Below, piece after piece: positions 18,335-28,591 of a DNA stretch of 64,000 nucleotides; the stretch's first letter is position 1; each line of letters begins with the position of its first letter. The position numbers and the translations under genes are program-made. The stretch lies in IMG/VR virus record IMGVR_UViG_3300028734_000016; one strand, written 5' to 3'. Origin of the DNA: a virus. Its lineage: Duplodnaviria; Heunggongvirae; Uroviricota; Caudoviricetes. Under the pieces are notes generated by a model. It saw nothing but the letters and a program-made list of their open reading frames with translations. It did not search any database and had not been told where the DNA came from.

Positions 18335-20218
18335 TTAATTGTTCAACATTTTTTCTAAATCTTCAACACTTAACAATTTCACTCCAATCTCTTCTGCTTT
18401 AACTGCCTTGCTTGATAAAGAATTTTTATCTTTCATAACTAAGTATGTTAAATTTTTAGATACACCAGATGCAACTTTACCTGATTTTGAAATTATGATT
18501 TCTTCTAAATCTTTTCGTCGTATTCCAGTAAAACAAAAAGACACATTTTCTAATTCGTTTGTTACCATAATAATATTTTCTTTTTTTGTTTCAATTGTTA
18601 TTTGAGGTTTATCTTGTAACCATTCATAAAATGTATCATAAGCATCAAGATATGCATGTGCAGATTTATCTGAGAATCCTTTAATTGATAGAATTTCGTC
18701 AAGTGATGGTTTACCTTCAAAATGCATTAGTAATTCAATTTTTTTACTACCAAGATTCACAAAGAAATTTGAAGAATGCATTAATTTAGATAATTTGACA
18801 TTTTTTATAGAAGATTGAATACTATTATATATAATTTCAGCCCTTCTCTCACCAAATCTATCTAATGATTCTAATTCTGATTGTGTTAATTCCAATATTT
18901 GTTTAACAGTCTTATATCCAGAGTTATATAACTGATTGATAATACCTTCTGATACATTATCAGCTTCAAGTATTTCAAAGAAAGATATCAATTTCTTAAT
19001 TTCTTGTTCTTCAGTTCCTTCAACCATTAATTCTACTTCATTTTCATTCCAGAAAACTTTTGAACTACCAAAAGTTGGCATTTCAAATCCAGTTGCAGAA
19101 ACAATTTGAACAATCTTTGGTATTACCAAACCTGACCGAATTATTTTTACAATACTTCCAACTCCTAAATCATGTTTTTTTACAAATTTATAGTTATTTA
19201 AGGTGACACGTGATACTGTAGCACCATCAATATTCACTGGAATTATTCGCCCAACTGGCTTAAGTAATCCGTTTTTCGAAACTTCTTTTACAATTTCAAG
19301 TATGGTTGTTTCTGCTGATTCTGCCCATTCAGGATTCTTATATGCTCTTGCGTATGATGGATTATTGTTAGTTTCACGACCAAGTTTTTTTCTGATGTCT
19401 TTGTCATTTATATCAAAAACAAGTCCATCAATATCATAATCTTTACCCCATTCAATAAAAATATCATTTAGCTCATCAAAATTCAAATCTTTTGCTTTGA
19501 ATATTTTGTATGGTACATTAGATAAATTAGTACTGATGAAATCTAATTGTTCAGATTTATCTTGAGTGAAATCTTCGCTTGCATAACCATAACGAATATG
19601 TTTAGCAAATTTCAAATCTTCGGATGGAGTATCAGAATTTTTAAGTCCAGCAATCATATTACGAGCATTCTTAAATGGCTTACCATTATCTCTATAAAAT
19701 ACTCTACTATTAAAAACTTGTTTTGGAAAAATCATTTCTCCAATAGTAAACAAATTAATATTTTTACTATCATCATTCAACTTTTTGTAGTGCAAATGCA
19801 TAGTTTCGCCAGTGATGCCATTTCCTCTTGACCAAGCAAGTTGTTTATATTCATCTTTAAGAATTGACATACCATCATATTTTGATGTACAAACCAATTC
19901 TGTTTCTAATGGTAACCCTTTATTTTTCAACCATTTGTGAATTTCTACAATTGTGTGATATTTATCCAATGAATACATTGGAAATTTTAAATTTTCTTTT
20001 CTGTCTGGATTGACATCTTCGCTATCTTCAATAACGCCAGATTCAAATATTTCATTATCTGGGTCTAATTTTTGAAATGTAGAAATTACTTTATCATATT
20101 CAGGATCACTGATTTCAGGTTCTCCGTCACGATATTTCTTATTTAGTTTTTTGACTTCAACTGCTGCAGACTCAAACATACCGTATTCTAATAATCGATA
20201 AATTTCTGATAATTCCAT
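18335..20218 (-). CDS. ligA: NAD-dependent DNA ligase
   Basis: N-terminal YRDGEPEISDPEYDKV, adenylation motif SKYDGMS, C-terminal BRCT-like region. Confidence 0.9.
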   Translation of the reverse strand: MELSEIYRLLEYGMFESAAVEVKKLNKKYRDGEPEISDPEYDKVISTFQKLDPDNEIFESGVIEDSEDVNPDRKENLKFPMYSLDKYHTIVEIHKWLKNKGLPLETELVCTSKYDGMSILKDEYKQLAWSRGNGITGETMHLHYKKLNDDSKNINLFTIGEMIFPKQVFNSRVFYRDNGKPFKNARNMIAGLKNSDTPSEDLKFAKHIRYGYASEDFTQDKSEQLDFISTNLSNVPYKIFKAKDLNFDELNDIFIEWGKDYDIDGLVFDINDKDIRKKLGRETNNNPSYARAYKNPEWAESAETTILEIVKEVSKNGLLKPVGRIIPVNIDGATVSRVTLNNYKFVKKHDLGVGSIVKIIRSGLVIPKIVQIVSATGFEMPTFGSSKVFWNENEVELMVEGTEEQEIKKLISFFEILEADNVSEGIINQLYNSGYKTVKQILELTQSELESLDRFGERRAEIIYNSIQSSIKNVKLSKLMHSSNFFVNLGSKKIELLMHFEGKPSLDEILSIKGFSDKSAHAYLDAYDTFYEWLQDKPQITIETKKENIIMVTNELENVSFCFTGIRRKDLEEIIISKSGKVASGVSKNLTYLVMKDKNSLSSKAVKAEEIGVKLLSVEDLEKMLNN

Positions 20219-20250
20219 ATTTTTTTGTTTTATATTTTTTGTTTATGAAG

Positions 20251-20260
20251 TACAAAGATA
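20251..20260 (-). promoter_or_regulatory. TAtcTTTGta box ~33 nt upstream of the ligase ATG
   Basis: plus-strand TACAAAGATA. Confidence 0.45.
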
Positions 20261-20320
20261 AAAAATATATCTTGAATAAAAAAATTATTCAAGATATATT
20301 TATGAAATATATGAAATTTA

Positions 20321-21121
20321 TTATATTTTAACTTTTACCTGTTCTGTGTTCCTATTAATTGCATTAGATATGCTATAAAATTCAGGAAAGTCTAATGATT
20401 TTTCCATACTAACAAATGAATCTATCGTGCCAGGAGAAATATCTTTAACGTAATTTGAAAATTTATTAGTAGCATCCTGTATAGCTAATTGTCTTGTTTT
20501 CATTGTAGGTGTAAAATAAAACTCATCTTTAAATGCTTGAGACATTAATCCAATAAAATAACAGCAATCTAAATAATTTTCTATTTGATCAGTTGATTCA
20601 AATTTAAATAATTGATTATATTTTTGAATATTTGTCAACATTATATTTTTATCATCAGAATCTAGTACATTATCAATTATATATCTAACTGAAGAACGAA
20701 TTGTAGTTGGTTCATGTCCTCTTGTTGTAATAATCGCAAATAATCTTCCTTCTTTTAAAGTTGATAGTAATGATTTCCATGATGGTCCGAAGTCTTTATT
20801 TTTTATTGCTTTTTTGATATCATCAAGTAGTGAATTATCTCCTCTTGCTCCGCTGTCTACAAATTCTGAAAAAGTATATTTAGTATCAGCTTTCCATTCA
20901 TTATTATCTATATAATTATCTGGATATTTTTCACGTATTTTAGAAAAATCTTGTATTGATATGTCTTTATTTATCCATTTGTCATTTTCAAAATGTTGAA
21001 AGTGTAAAGGAGTATTCATGATAAGCAAATTATCATCAATATCAAATATAGAATATTGTGAATTACCTACACTTTGTTGCTCTAAAATAAATGAATTCCA
21101 ATCTTTGACTATTTTGCTCAT
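20321..21121 (-). CDS. hypothetical protein
   Basis: 266-aa ORF. Confidence 0.55.
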   Translation of the reverse strand: MSKIVKDWNSFILEQQSVGNSQYSIFDIDDNLLIMNTPLHFQHFENDKWINKDISIQDFSKIREKYPDNYIDNNEWKADTKYTFSEFVDSGARGDNSLLDDIKKAIKNKDFGPSWKSLLSTLKEGRLFAIITTRGHEPTTIRSSVRYIIDNVLDSDDKNIMLTNIQKYNQLFKFESTDQIENYLDCCYFIGLMSQAFKDEFYFTPTMKTRQLAIQDATNKFSNYVKDISPGTIDSFVSMEKSLDFPEFYSISNAINRNTEQVKVKI

Positions 21122-21447
21122 TATAAATTAAATTTTTTTGTAGATTTATACAATTCTGTATCTTTCATATATTCAACTATATCATTATATTCTTCGTCTG
21201 TTATAGATATTGTACCTTTTTGATAATTTTTCAAGGCAAAAGATATTTTATAACCGCCTGGTTTAAGTGAACTTTTATATATGCTGTCTGATTTTATAAT
21301 AAAATCAGGTGAATTTTGAAATCCGTGATTTTTTCTAAATTCATCATTTGTATTTACATAATCATCAACAACTCTCATCATATTATCATAATATCGATCT
21401 AATTGAATTTTCTTTGAATAATATTCGCCAAAACTATATACTGTCAT
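21121..21447 (-). CDS. hypothetical protein (ends ...KKFNL)
   Basis: 108-aa ORF. Confidence 0.5.
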   Translation of the reverse strand: MTVYSFGEYYSKKIQLDRYYDNMMRVVDDYVNTNDEFRKNHGFQNSPDFIIKSDSIYKSSLKPGGYKISFALKNYQKGTISITDEEYNDIVEYMKDTELYKSTKKFNL

Positions 21448-21495
21448 TTAATAATTTATTTTTATTTAATGTATATATAAAAATAAAAATCCATC

Positions 21496-22341
21496 TTAAA
21501 CAGATGGATTTTTCAATAATTTTGTTTTAATAAATTCTTCATCAATTTTAACTAATTGAATATCATGTGAGTTTATATAATCATCAATTTCAGTGTTACC
21601 TTCTTTTTTTAATTCTCCCATTATATTCCAAACATTCGAATAATCATTATCACCTTTTGATTTCTCAGAAATTAAAAGGTTAGTTACAATTTTTCTTTTT
21701 CTTTTTTCGTCTGAAGGAATATTTTCTAGTATCTTTTGATACAAGATATCTCCTCTGAAATACTCATTAAAGTTATTGTAATAATGTGTTGGATCGAATA
21801 TCATAATCTTCATTGATAAACCTTTATTATTATTAAATGCATACCAATCTTTTTCTCTTTCGTTCCATTCATCTTCTGATACATTTTCATCTGCATCACA
21901 TTGATTTTGACAATACCAATCTGTTAGAAATTCTAAAAGAATTTTTCTATGCTCTCCTACATTAATATTAGGAAACACTAATATTTTATCATTTTTACAA
22001 TCAATTGATAAACTAAGATCAACCATAAATTCATTTTTGTATTGTCCTTTTGATAATATGTTACCAGCTTGAAATAAATAAGAAATTACTGTTGTGTTAT
22101 CTTCAATTGAGATGTTTTTTATTTCATTTTTTATTGAATTGATTTCATTGATAGCTGAATATTCCATTTGATGAATAATATTACATTTTTCATCAACATG
22201 TAATATAATATTTCTAGCATAACACTTTGCTAATTCATTTTGTGATGCTCCTTCAAATCTATCAAATCTTTTCAAAATTTCTTCTTGTATATATGCTAAA
22301 CCATTTCTGGTCATCATGCCATCATATGCTTTTAAACTCAT
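21496..22341 (-). CDS. hypothetical protein
   Basis: 281-aa ORF. Confidence 0.55.
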   Translation of the reverse strand: MSLKAYDGMMTRNGLAYIQEEILKRFDRFEGASQNELAKCYARNIILHVDEKCNIIHQMEYSAINEINSIKNEIKNISIEDNTTVISYLFQAGNILSKGQYKNEFMVDLSLSIDCKNDKILVFPNINVGEHRKILLEFLTDWYCQNQCDADENVSEDEWNEREKDWYAFNNNKGLSMKIMIFDPTHYYNNFNEYFRGDILYQKILENIPSDEKRKRKIVTNLLISEKSKGDNDYSNVWNIMGELKKEGNTEIDDYINSHDIQLVKIDEEFIKTKLLKNPSV

Positions 22342-22601
22342 AATTCTTTATTTATATTGTTTAATTCTTTCAATTTGAATTTTCTTAATTCAGAATATTT
22401 TATAAATCTTTGCTTTCGAAAACTAAATCCTGGTATTTCAAATAAAGCAATTTCTCCATAACTATTTATGTTATTAAATGTATAAATATTACCAATTTTT
22501 AATAATCTTAAAGAGCAGTAGCCTAATTCCGCTCCAGTGTATTTTGATGTATTATCAATGCAAACAAATTTTTCACCTTTTTTATATTGAATTGATTTCA
22601 T
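22338..22601 (-). CDS. SH3-like small-protein family member (YKKGEKFVCIDN...LRKFKLKELNNI)
   Basis: alignable by eye with 24160, 24404 and 28346-29203. Confidence 0.55.
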   Translation of the reverse strand: MKSIQYKKGEKFVCIDNTSKYTGAELGYCSLRLLKIGNIYTFNNINSYGEIALFEIPGFSFRKQRFIKYSELRKFKLKELNNINKEL

Positions 22602-22603
22602 AT

Positions 22604-22828
22604 TTAATATTCTAGTTTTTCTCTATTATTTTTTAGATATTTATAGATACTTCCGAATATTTTATAAAAACTACCAATTTCACATATTACTTTTCTATTC
22701 TCAATTATCATTTTAACTAACTTAGATTGATTACCTGTCAAATTTTTTATATTTGATTCTTTAACCCAGTTAGAATATATTTCATTATCTTTCATATTCA
22801 AGTATATTATTTCACAAATATACAACAA
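22604..22828 (-). CDS. hypothetical small protein
   Basis: 74-aa ORF. Confidence 0.4.
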   Translation of the reverse strand: MLYICEIIYLNMKDNEIYSNWVKESNIKNLTGNQSKLVKMIIENRKVICEIGSFYKIFGSIYKYLKNNREKLEY

Positions 22829-22846
22829 AAAATTGATATAAAAAAA

Positions 22847-23209
22847 TTATTTATTTTTTATATCAATTATTGTATTAAATAATTTGTTAAATTTAGATTT
22901 CAAATCATTTAAATCTTTTTCGTATTCATTCATTTCATCTATAACAGCATCTATATCGCAGAAGAAATATTTATTGTTGTGTTCTATTTTTGAGTTTTTG
23001 AACTCTGTTTTATTTAATGGAAAACATAATCCAGTACCTTCAAAATCTTTATCATTTGCTAATCTTTCAACATAATAACCAATTGCTACTGCATATCCTA
23101 TATTATCAAAACCTATACATTTTGTTTTAATAAAACTATTTATATTATCATTATAATATTCTAAAATATATATTGGCTCTCCTACCAATAAATCTGTCCA
23201 TTTTTTCAT
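22847..23209 (-). CDS. hypothetical protein
   Basis: 120-aa ORF. Confidence 0.5.
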   Translation of the reverse strand: MKKWTDLLVGEPIYILEYYNDNINSFIKTKCIGFDNIGYAVAIGYYVERLANDKDFEGTGLCFPLNKTEFKNSKIEHNNKYFFCDIDAVIDEMNEYEKDLNDLKSKFNKLFNTIIDIKNK

Positions 23210-23220
23210 AATTTATAAAA

Positions 23221-23463
23221 TTAAAATTCATCATAACACCAAATTGGTGTGTGTTCTCCCATATAAGCACCAGCGGTATTGAATTCAAAGAATTCTAATG
23301 CTTCTTCTTCTGTCATACCATCAGTAATAAATATTTCTATACATTTTGATACTGAGTAAATTAATCTCATTGAATTCATTTCTAAACCAATTACTGCATC
23401 ATCCAAACCATCAGCAGATAATATTCCTTCATCTGGATAATTGTTTATAATTTCTTCTAACAT
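23221..23463 (-). CDS. hypothetical small protein
   Basis: 80-aa ORF. Confidence 0.45.
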   Translation of the reverse strand: MLEEIINNYPDEGILSADGLDDAVIGLEMNSMRLIYSVSKCIEIFITDGMTEEEALEFFEFNTAGAYMGEHTPIWCYDEF

Positions 23464-23478
23464 TTTTTACTATTATTT

Positions 23479-23913
23479 TCATATTATCAATTTACCATTG
23501 ATATGATCAAATTGATGTTGAACAGCTATTGAGTTCAAATCTTTTAATGTCAACAATTTATAATTCCAATTTATATCATAATATTTAATCATAACAATTG
23601 ACCTTCTATTAATAGGAAATTCCAAATTAGGTAAACTTAGACATCTCTCCTTATTTTGAATAAAAAGTCCATCAAGATATATTTCTGGATTAATAAATAC
23701 TTCCTTTAAATCAGGATTATCAATTATAAATAAATTTAAATTGTGTCCAACTTGAGGAGCAGACAATCCAAATTCAAATTTGTGATAATTAAGAGTTTCA
23801 AACATGTTTTTGATTAAGGAAAGTAGAAATGGATTCTCCTTTTTTACGTTCACGTTTATTTTTCTTAATTTTCCTGAGTTTAAATCATCATATTTAATTA
23901 TATCTAAAATCAT
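23479..23913 (-). CDS. def: peptide deformylase homolog with HQxDH in place of HExDH
   Basis: motif 1 GLSAPQVG, motif 2 ERCLS (metal Cys present), motif 3 QHQFDH; codon 23512-23514 is CAA (Gln) where the catalytic Glu is expected. Confidence 0.8.
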   Translation of the reverse strand: MILDIIKYDDLNSGKLRKINVNVKKENPFLLSLIKNMFETLNYHKFEFGLSAPQVGHNLNLFIIDNPDLKEVFINPEIYLDGLFIQNKERCLSLPNLEFPINRRSIVMIKYYDINWNYKLLTLKDLNSIAVQHQFDHINGKLII

Positions 23914-24131
23914 TTACCGTGCTTCTTTTCTTTCTTCTTTTCTTTAATTTCAGATTTCTCAATCGTCTTTTCTTCTAATTTCTCAGATGTTTCTGATTTG
24001 AAAAAATCCTTATATTCTTTTTTTGAACAATATTTCCATCCTTGTTCAATGTAAGATTTTATTGATACAACATCATTTATACTAGCATCAGGTAATTTCT
24101 TAAAGGTGTCTTTTTTTCTTAAAATTTTCAT
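23910..24131 (-). CDS. hypothetical small lysine-rich protein
   Basis: 73-aa ORF. Confidence 0.4.
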   Translation of the reverse strand: MKILRKKDTFKKLPDASINDVVSIKSYIEQGWKYCSKKEYKDFFKSETSEKLEEKTIEKSEIKEKKKEKKHGK

Positions 24132-24159
24132 ATCCTATTTTATTTTTATTATTTATATG

Positions 24160-24414
24160 TTATACTAAATTTAATCTATTTAGTTTGTCTTTTCTTTCTT
24201 TTCTTTCAAATTCATTGGGTGACAAAAACATTGTTCCTAATGGATTTACAAATAATACATGTTTTGCGTCAGATAATATTCTAAAATGATCTAAGTTAGT
24301 TATTTTTCCTTTGTAAATACAACAAATTTCATATGTTTTACCAATTGTTAAATATTTTTCATATCCTCCTGTATTATCAATACACACAACTTCATCTCTT
24401 TTTTTAAAATTCAT
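24160..24414 (-). CDS. SH3-like small-protein family member (...ERKDKLNRLNLV tail)
   Basis: RDEVVCIDNTGGYEKYLTIGKTYE core. Confidence 0.55.
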   Translation of the reverse strand: MNFKKRDEVVCIDNTGGYEKYLTIGKTYEICCIYKGKITNLDHFRILSDAKHVLFVNPLGTMFLSPNEFERKERKDKLNRLNLV

Positions 24415-24676
24415 TTGATAATAAATTATTTATATTTTCTAATTTTTCTTTTCTTTGAATTTTTTTATATTCAGTAGTTGATATAAATCTACTTAAAAAA
24501 ACAGTAACTCGTCCTTCATCAAAATCATCTGATTTTACTTGAACATGATAAGCACCATCTATTTTATCAATATACATAACTTTATAAGATTCTCCAATTG
24601 TTAATGAATTTTCATATCCTCCATCATTTCTAATACAAATAACTTTATCTCCTTTTTTATAATTTGTGTTATTCAT
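24404..24676 (-). CDS. SH3-like small-protein family member (...QRKEKLENINNL tail)
   Basis: KGDKVICIRNDGGYENSLTIGESYK core. Confidence 0.55.
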   Translation of the reverse strand: MNNTNYKKGDKVICIRNDGGYENSLTIGESYKVMYIDKIDGAYHVQVKSDDFDEGRVTVFLSRFISTTEYKKIQRKEKLENINNLLSNEF

Positions 24677-24696
24677 TCAAACCTAATTTTTTAAGG

Positions 24697-25413
24697 TTAT
24701 TTATCTACCAATTTTTTTCTATCTTCACTCAAATAATTTATAAGCAATTCTGACGCTTTTATTGAACCTGGAGTAGTTATACTACCAAGATACATATCTA
24801 ATTCAGGATATTGTAAATATATCGGTAATTCTTTATTTAAATTGAAATCTAAATTATTTTTATGAAAAAAATCTAATTCAGATAATGACATTTTAAAGTA
24901 ATAATTATCTTCACTAAAATATTCTTTTGTCATTCCTGACTTAAACATTGTTCTCAATATAATATAGACTACATCATTTTCAAAATCAATTTTTTCTATA
25001 AAAATATCATTACGATCACATAATGTACCAAATGTATATTTTTTATCCAATATTATATTTATATGATTACTTGATTTTAGATATTCATAATAGCCATCAT
25101 TAATATCTTTTTTCTCTTCTTCATTTAAATCATTATACCCTACACAAATCAAATCTGATGGTGAATTATAGCAACCTTTATTTCTATATGATGTTATAAT
25201 AGAACTCTTTATTTCAGAAGCAGATAATTTATCTTCATCGCTTAGAAAATTGGTATTTCTATGAGTAATATTTTGTTGAATATATTTCTTTATAAAAGAA
25301 TAATCCAAATCTTCAAATTTTAAAGATAAATCTAAATTTTCTTTATTGTGTTTACTTTCTAATTCCGCTGATTCTTTTTTAAAATCTAAGTGATGTTGAA
25401 AAAAATTATTCAT
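24697..25413 (-). CDS. hypothetical protein
   Basis: 238-aa ORF. Confidence 0.55.
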   Translation of the reverse strand: MNNFFQHHLDFKKESAELESKHNKENLDLSLKFEDLDYSFIKKYIQQNITHRNTNFLSDEDKLSASEIKSSIITSYRNKGCYNSPSDLICVGYNDLNEEEKKDINDGYYEYLKSSNHINIILDKKYTFGTLCDRNDIFIEKIDFENDVVYIILRTMFKSGMTKEYFSEDNYYFKMSLSELDFFHKNNLDFNLNKELPIYLQYPELDMYLGSITTPGSIKASELLINYLSEDRKKLVDK

Positions 25414-25672
25414 TTTTAATATTTTTTAATTTGTTGAGTTTTTCTATTCTTTCTTCTTTTAATCTTGCGATCTTATTTTCTCTTGATTCTATAAGATCTG
25501 ATATTGTTGTAGACATCATTATATAAGGAACAAAAATATATCCTTGTTCTAATGATCCTGTTGAACCAGAAACAACACTATTTGTATTCGCACTTACTGA
25601 AATATTACTATAACAATTTGGTGATATTTTAGATACACTATATCTTGATTTTACTGTTTTTAATGAATTCAA
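25406..25672 (-). CDS. hypothetical small protein (...RIEKLNKLKNIKNE tail)
   Basis: 88-aa ORF. Confidence 0.45.
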   Translation of the reverse strand: MNSLKTVKSRYSVSKISPNCYSNISVSANTNSVVSGSTGSLEQGYIFVPYIMMSTTISDLIESRENKIARLKEERIEKLNKLKNIKNE

Positions 25673-26109
25673 TCTCTATACATTAATTTTTTATTGTAGT
25701 ATATACTACCACAGGTTCCTTGTCCATATGTCATAGCAAATTGCCATCCTTTATATTCACATATATCAGACTGAAAATGTTCTGTGAAATCATCAATAGT
25801 TTCAGTAATTTCAACTCCTTCTTGTTCTGCTAAATCAAATAATGAGTTTAATAGATTAGTTGGATATGGCATACAACCATTTTTCCAGCATTTGTCTCTC
25901 CATTCATCACCATTTTTACATATTATTCTATTAACTAAAGAATCAAAAGTTTCTTGATCATTAAACATTTTTTTAATTCTTTCAATGTTATTATCCTTAA
26001 TATCTACTTCTAATTGTAATTTTGCTTTAAATTCACGAATACTTTCTTCTCCCTCAGGAGTTTTTAAAAACTCTAAATATTCGCTCATTTTCTCTGTAAC
26101 ACTTGACAT
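25669..26109 (-). CDS. hypothetical protein
   Basis: 146-aa ORF. Confidence 0.5.
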   Translation of the reverse strand: MSSVTEKMSEYLEFLKTPEGEESIREFKAKLQLEVDIKDNNIERIKKMFNDQETFDSLVNRIICKNGDEWRDKCWKNGCMPYPTNLLNSLFDLAEQEGVEITETIDDFTEHFQSDICEYKGWQFAMTYGQGTCGSIYYNKKLMYRD

Positions 26110-26127
26110 AATATTATAATTTATTTG

Positions 26128-26448
26128 TTAATCAAACCACATTCTAAAGTGGTTATTTGTTTCTTCTGAAAACTCATCAGGATGTTTTGATAAAATTAAC
26201 AACAGAAGTTTTTTGTAATTTGTGTTATCTGTTGTTTCAATATATAATGTTGACGAGAATTTATTTTCATTTTCTCCATCTTCAACATCAAAAACAATTT
26301 CTGATACACCGTATTCTTCAAGCTGTTCACAAAAAATTGAAGTCTCTCTCTCACTCCAATCTGAATATATCATATGTGTAGTGTAGTCAAACTCAACTAA
26401 TTCTCCATAATATATTCCATATTTTTCACTTTTATGTTCTATTATCAT
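26128..26448 (-). CDS. hypothetical acidic protein
   Basis: 106-aa ORF. Confidence 0.5.
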   Translation of the reverse strand: MIIEHKSEKYGIYYGELVEFDYTTHMIYSDWSERETSIFCEQLEEYGVSEIVFDVEDGENENKFSSTLYIETTDNTNYKKLLLLILSKHPDEFSEETNNHFRMWFD

Positions 26449-26450
26449 AT

Positions 26451-27128
26451 TTATAATTTTAATTTTTTGACTCCTTTTGTTGCTGTTTCTTTAATATGAG
26501 TGAAATTTCGAATATCAATACCAACATCAGAATCAGATGGATCAATATAATATGTGTGTGTTCTGAAATTTACTTTATATAACAAATTTGCTGCAGGATA
26601 AACTTGTAATGATGTTCCAATTACAATAAGAATATCTGCTTCTTTTGTTAATTTTTCAGCTTTACCCATATTTGGTACATCTTCACCGAACCAAACAATA
26701 TGTGGTCGTAATGTATCACCATTTTCATCTACACTATCTGTTTGAATATCAAAGTCTTTTGGCCAATCATAAACAGTATTATTGTTAAATGCTCTCATCT
26801 TTGTTAATTGTCCATGGAGATGTAACACATTTGTACTGCCTGCTCTCTCATGTAAATCGTCCACATTTTGCGTCACTATCTGAACATCATATTTCTGTTC
26901 TAATTCAGCAAGAAAGTAATGTGCAGAATTAGGTTCTACTGTATCTAATTGTTTATGCCTTTCATTGTAAAATTTTAATACCAATTTTCTATCTTTCCTC
27001 CAACCATCAATCGTTGCGACGTCTTTAACATCATATTGCTCCCAAAGTCCGTCAGAATCCCTGAAAGTTTGAATTCCGCTTTCTGCACTTATTCCAGCAC
27101 CAGTAAATACTACTATTTTCTTTTTCAT
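26451..27128 (-). CDS. cobB: Sir2-family NAD-dependent deacylase (CobB-like sirtuin)
   Basis: GAGISAESGIQTFRDSDGLW, QNVDDLHERAG, LHGQ; 225 aa. Confidence 0.85.
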   Translation of the reverse strand: MKKKIVVFTGAGISAESGIQTFRDSDGLWEQYDVKDVATIDGWRKDRKLVLKFYNERHKQLDTVEPNSAHYFLAELEQKYDVQIVTQNVDDLHERAGSTNVLHLHGQLTKMRAFNNNTVYDWPKDFDIQTDSVDENGDTLRPHIVWFGEDVPNMGKAEKLTKEADILIVIGTSLQVYPAANLLYKVNFRTHTYYIDPSDSDVGIDIRNFTHIKETATKGVKKLKL

Positions 27129-27132
27129 AATA

Positions 27133-27396
27133 TTATTGTATTTCTTTTAATTTAACTAGTTTTTCTTTTCTTAATATATTATTTGCATTATTATAATATT
27201 TAGAATATTTGAGTTCACTAAAATATTTATAATTAATCCAACTTTGATTAGGTGGCTCATAATCCATATTTGGTAGAAATGGTATAGAATCTTTATAATC
27301 TTTCACATAATCTTGGACCAAAAGATAATATGCAATGTCATCAAGTCTTGTTGGATTTATCAAATCCCAGCAGCCCCAACCTTTATCTATTTTCAT
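27133..27396 (-). CDS. hypothetical small protein (...RKEKLVKLKEIQ tail)
   Basis: 87-aa ORF. Confidence 0.45.
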   Translation of the reverse strand: MKIDKGWGCWDLINPTRLDDIAYYLLVQDYVKDYKDSIPFLPNMDYEPPNQSWINYKYFSELKYSKYYNNANNILRKEKLVKLKEIQ

Positions 27397-27786
27397 TTAA
27401 AATTCAACTGTATTTACCATTCTTAAATATAATGGCAATTTTTGGTGTAATTCTTTTCTATATTTAATAAAAATATTATTTATATTTAAAAAATCCTTTT
27501 TTTCAATAATTTTAACTAAATAGTAATCATATTTAACTGACCATTGTCCTAAAGTATTATCAATGAACGTGTTGTTTTTTGATATGTTAACAAAATGTAT
27601 AATACAATTATCACTATTAATACAAACACACATACCAACAGTTGGTTGATTGCTACTTAGTGCGTCATTAACAGCATTCATTTGACATCTGAAATTATAT
27701 CTACATCTACCACTTTTAACGTTTATTTTTGTCGCCGTGTGAATGATATGTTCTTTAATACACTGAGTTGATTTTTTATCTAACAT
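27397..27786 (-). CDS. hypothetical cysteine-rich protein
   Basis: 129-aa ORF. Confidence 0.5.
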   Translation of the reverse strand: MLDKKSTQCIKEHIIHTATKINVKSGRCRYNFRCQMNAVNDALSSNQPTVGMCVCINSDNCIIHFVNISKNNTFIDNTLGQWSVKYDYYLVKIIEKKDFLNINNIFIKYRKELHQKLPLYLRMVNTVEF

Positions 27787-27792
27787 ACTTAT

Positions 27793-28371
27793 TTATTTTT
27801 TAGGATTATATAATTCTTTTAAATCTTTAGGAATAGGTATCAAATGCCAAAAGCCGTCATCATCAATTGTGAAACTTTCTGGTTTCATGGAATAATAGCC
27901 CCATGTACAGAATCCATTACATTCATTATTTTCACAAGTATTTGTAAACTTATTCTCAATACCCCAATCTTGTCCACATAGAACGCAAATTAATTTTTTT
28001 TCTGGCTCATCAACAAAAATATCATCTGATGATTTGACTATATTTTTTAATTTATCTCTTCTCTCATATTTTATTGAATACATAAATCTATTTATCGTGC
28101 TCCAAATTTTTTTATTTCCGTCATTTAAAATTTTAATTTTGCCTTTTTTATGATCTAATATTTCATATGATTTACCAATTGTTAAATCACAATGACTAGA
28201 TGAATTATAATATCTAATATCTGAGCAGTAGTTTTCGTTATCAAAACATATGTATGTTTTTCCTATTACGCAATATTTATCAGATAATATGGATCTTTTT
28301 AATATTTTTCTTTTATCAAATTGATTCTTTTCTAAAAAATCAGGATTATTTAACCACTGCTGAAGTATCAT
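27793..28371 (-). CDS. hypothetical protein containing SH3-like family-type segments and a Cys-rich C-terminal half
   Basis: 192-aa ORF; CVIGKTYICFDN and LTIGKSYEILDHKKGKIKIL resemble the small family. Confidence 0.55.
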   Translation of the reverse strand: MILQQWLNNPDFLEKNQFDKRKILKRSILSDKYCVIGKTYICFDNENYCSDIRYYNSSSHCDLTIGKSYEILDHKKGKIKILNDGNKKIWSTINRFMYSIKYERRDKLKNIVKSSDDIFVDEPEKKLICVLCGQDWGIENKFTNTCENNECNGFCTWGYYSMKPESFTIDDDGFWHLIPIPKDLKELYNPKK

Positions 28372-28591
28372 TCAATTGAATTAATTTTTGTTTTCTTGTA
28401 TATTGTTTATCTAATTCTGAATATTCATCTAAATATTTAGATTCAATAGATTTTTTCCTTACTGTATGAACTGATTTATTTGCTGGTATATCATGACTAT
28501 ATACATAATTATCATTTAAAATTTTTAATATTACTATTTTAAATACCATACCTTTTGTACCAACAACAACAGCTCCAACTTTATATCTCAT
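28346..28591 (-). CDS. MKYKVGD-type SH3-like small protein (tandem array member 1)
   Basis: MRYKVGAVVVG...TRKQKLIQLN. Confidence 0.6.
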   Translation of the reverse strand: MRYKVGAVVVGTKGMVFKIVILKILNDNYVYSHDIPANKSVHTVRKKSIESKYLDEYSELDKQYTRKQKLIQLNDTSAVVK

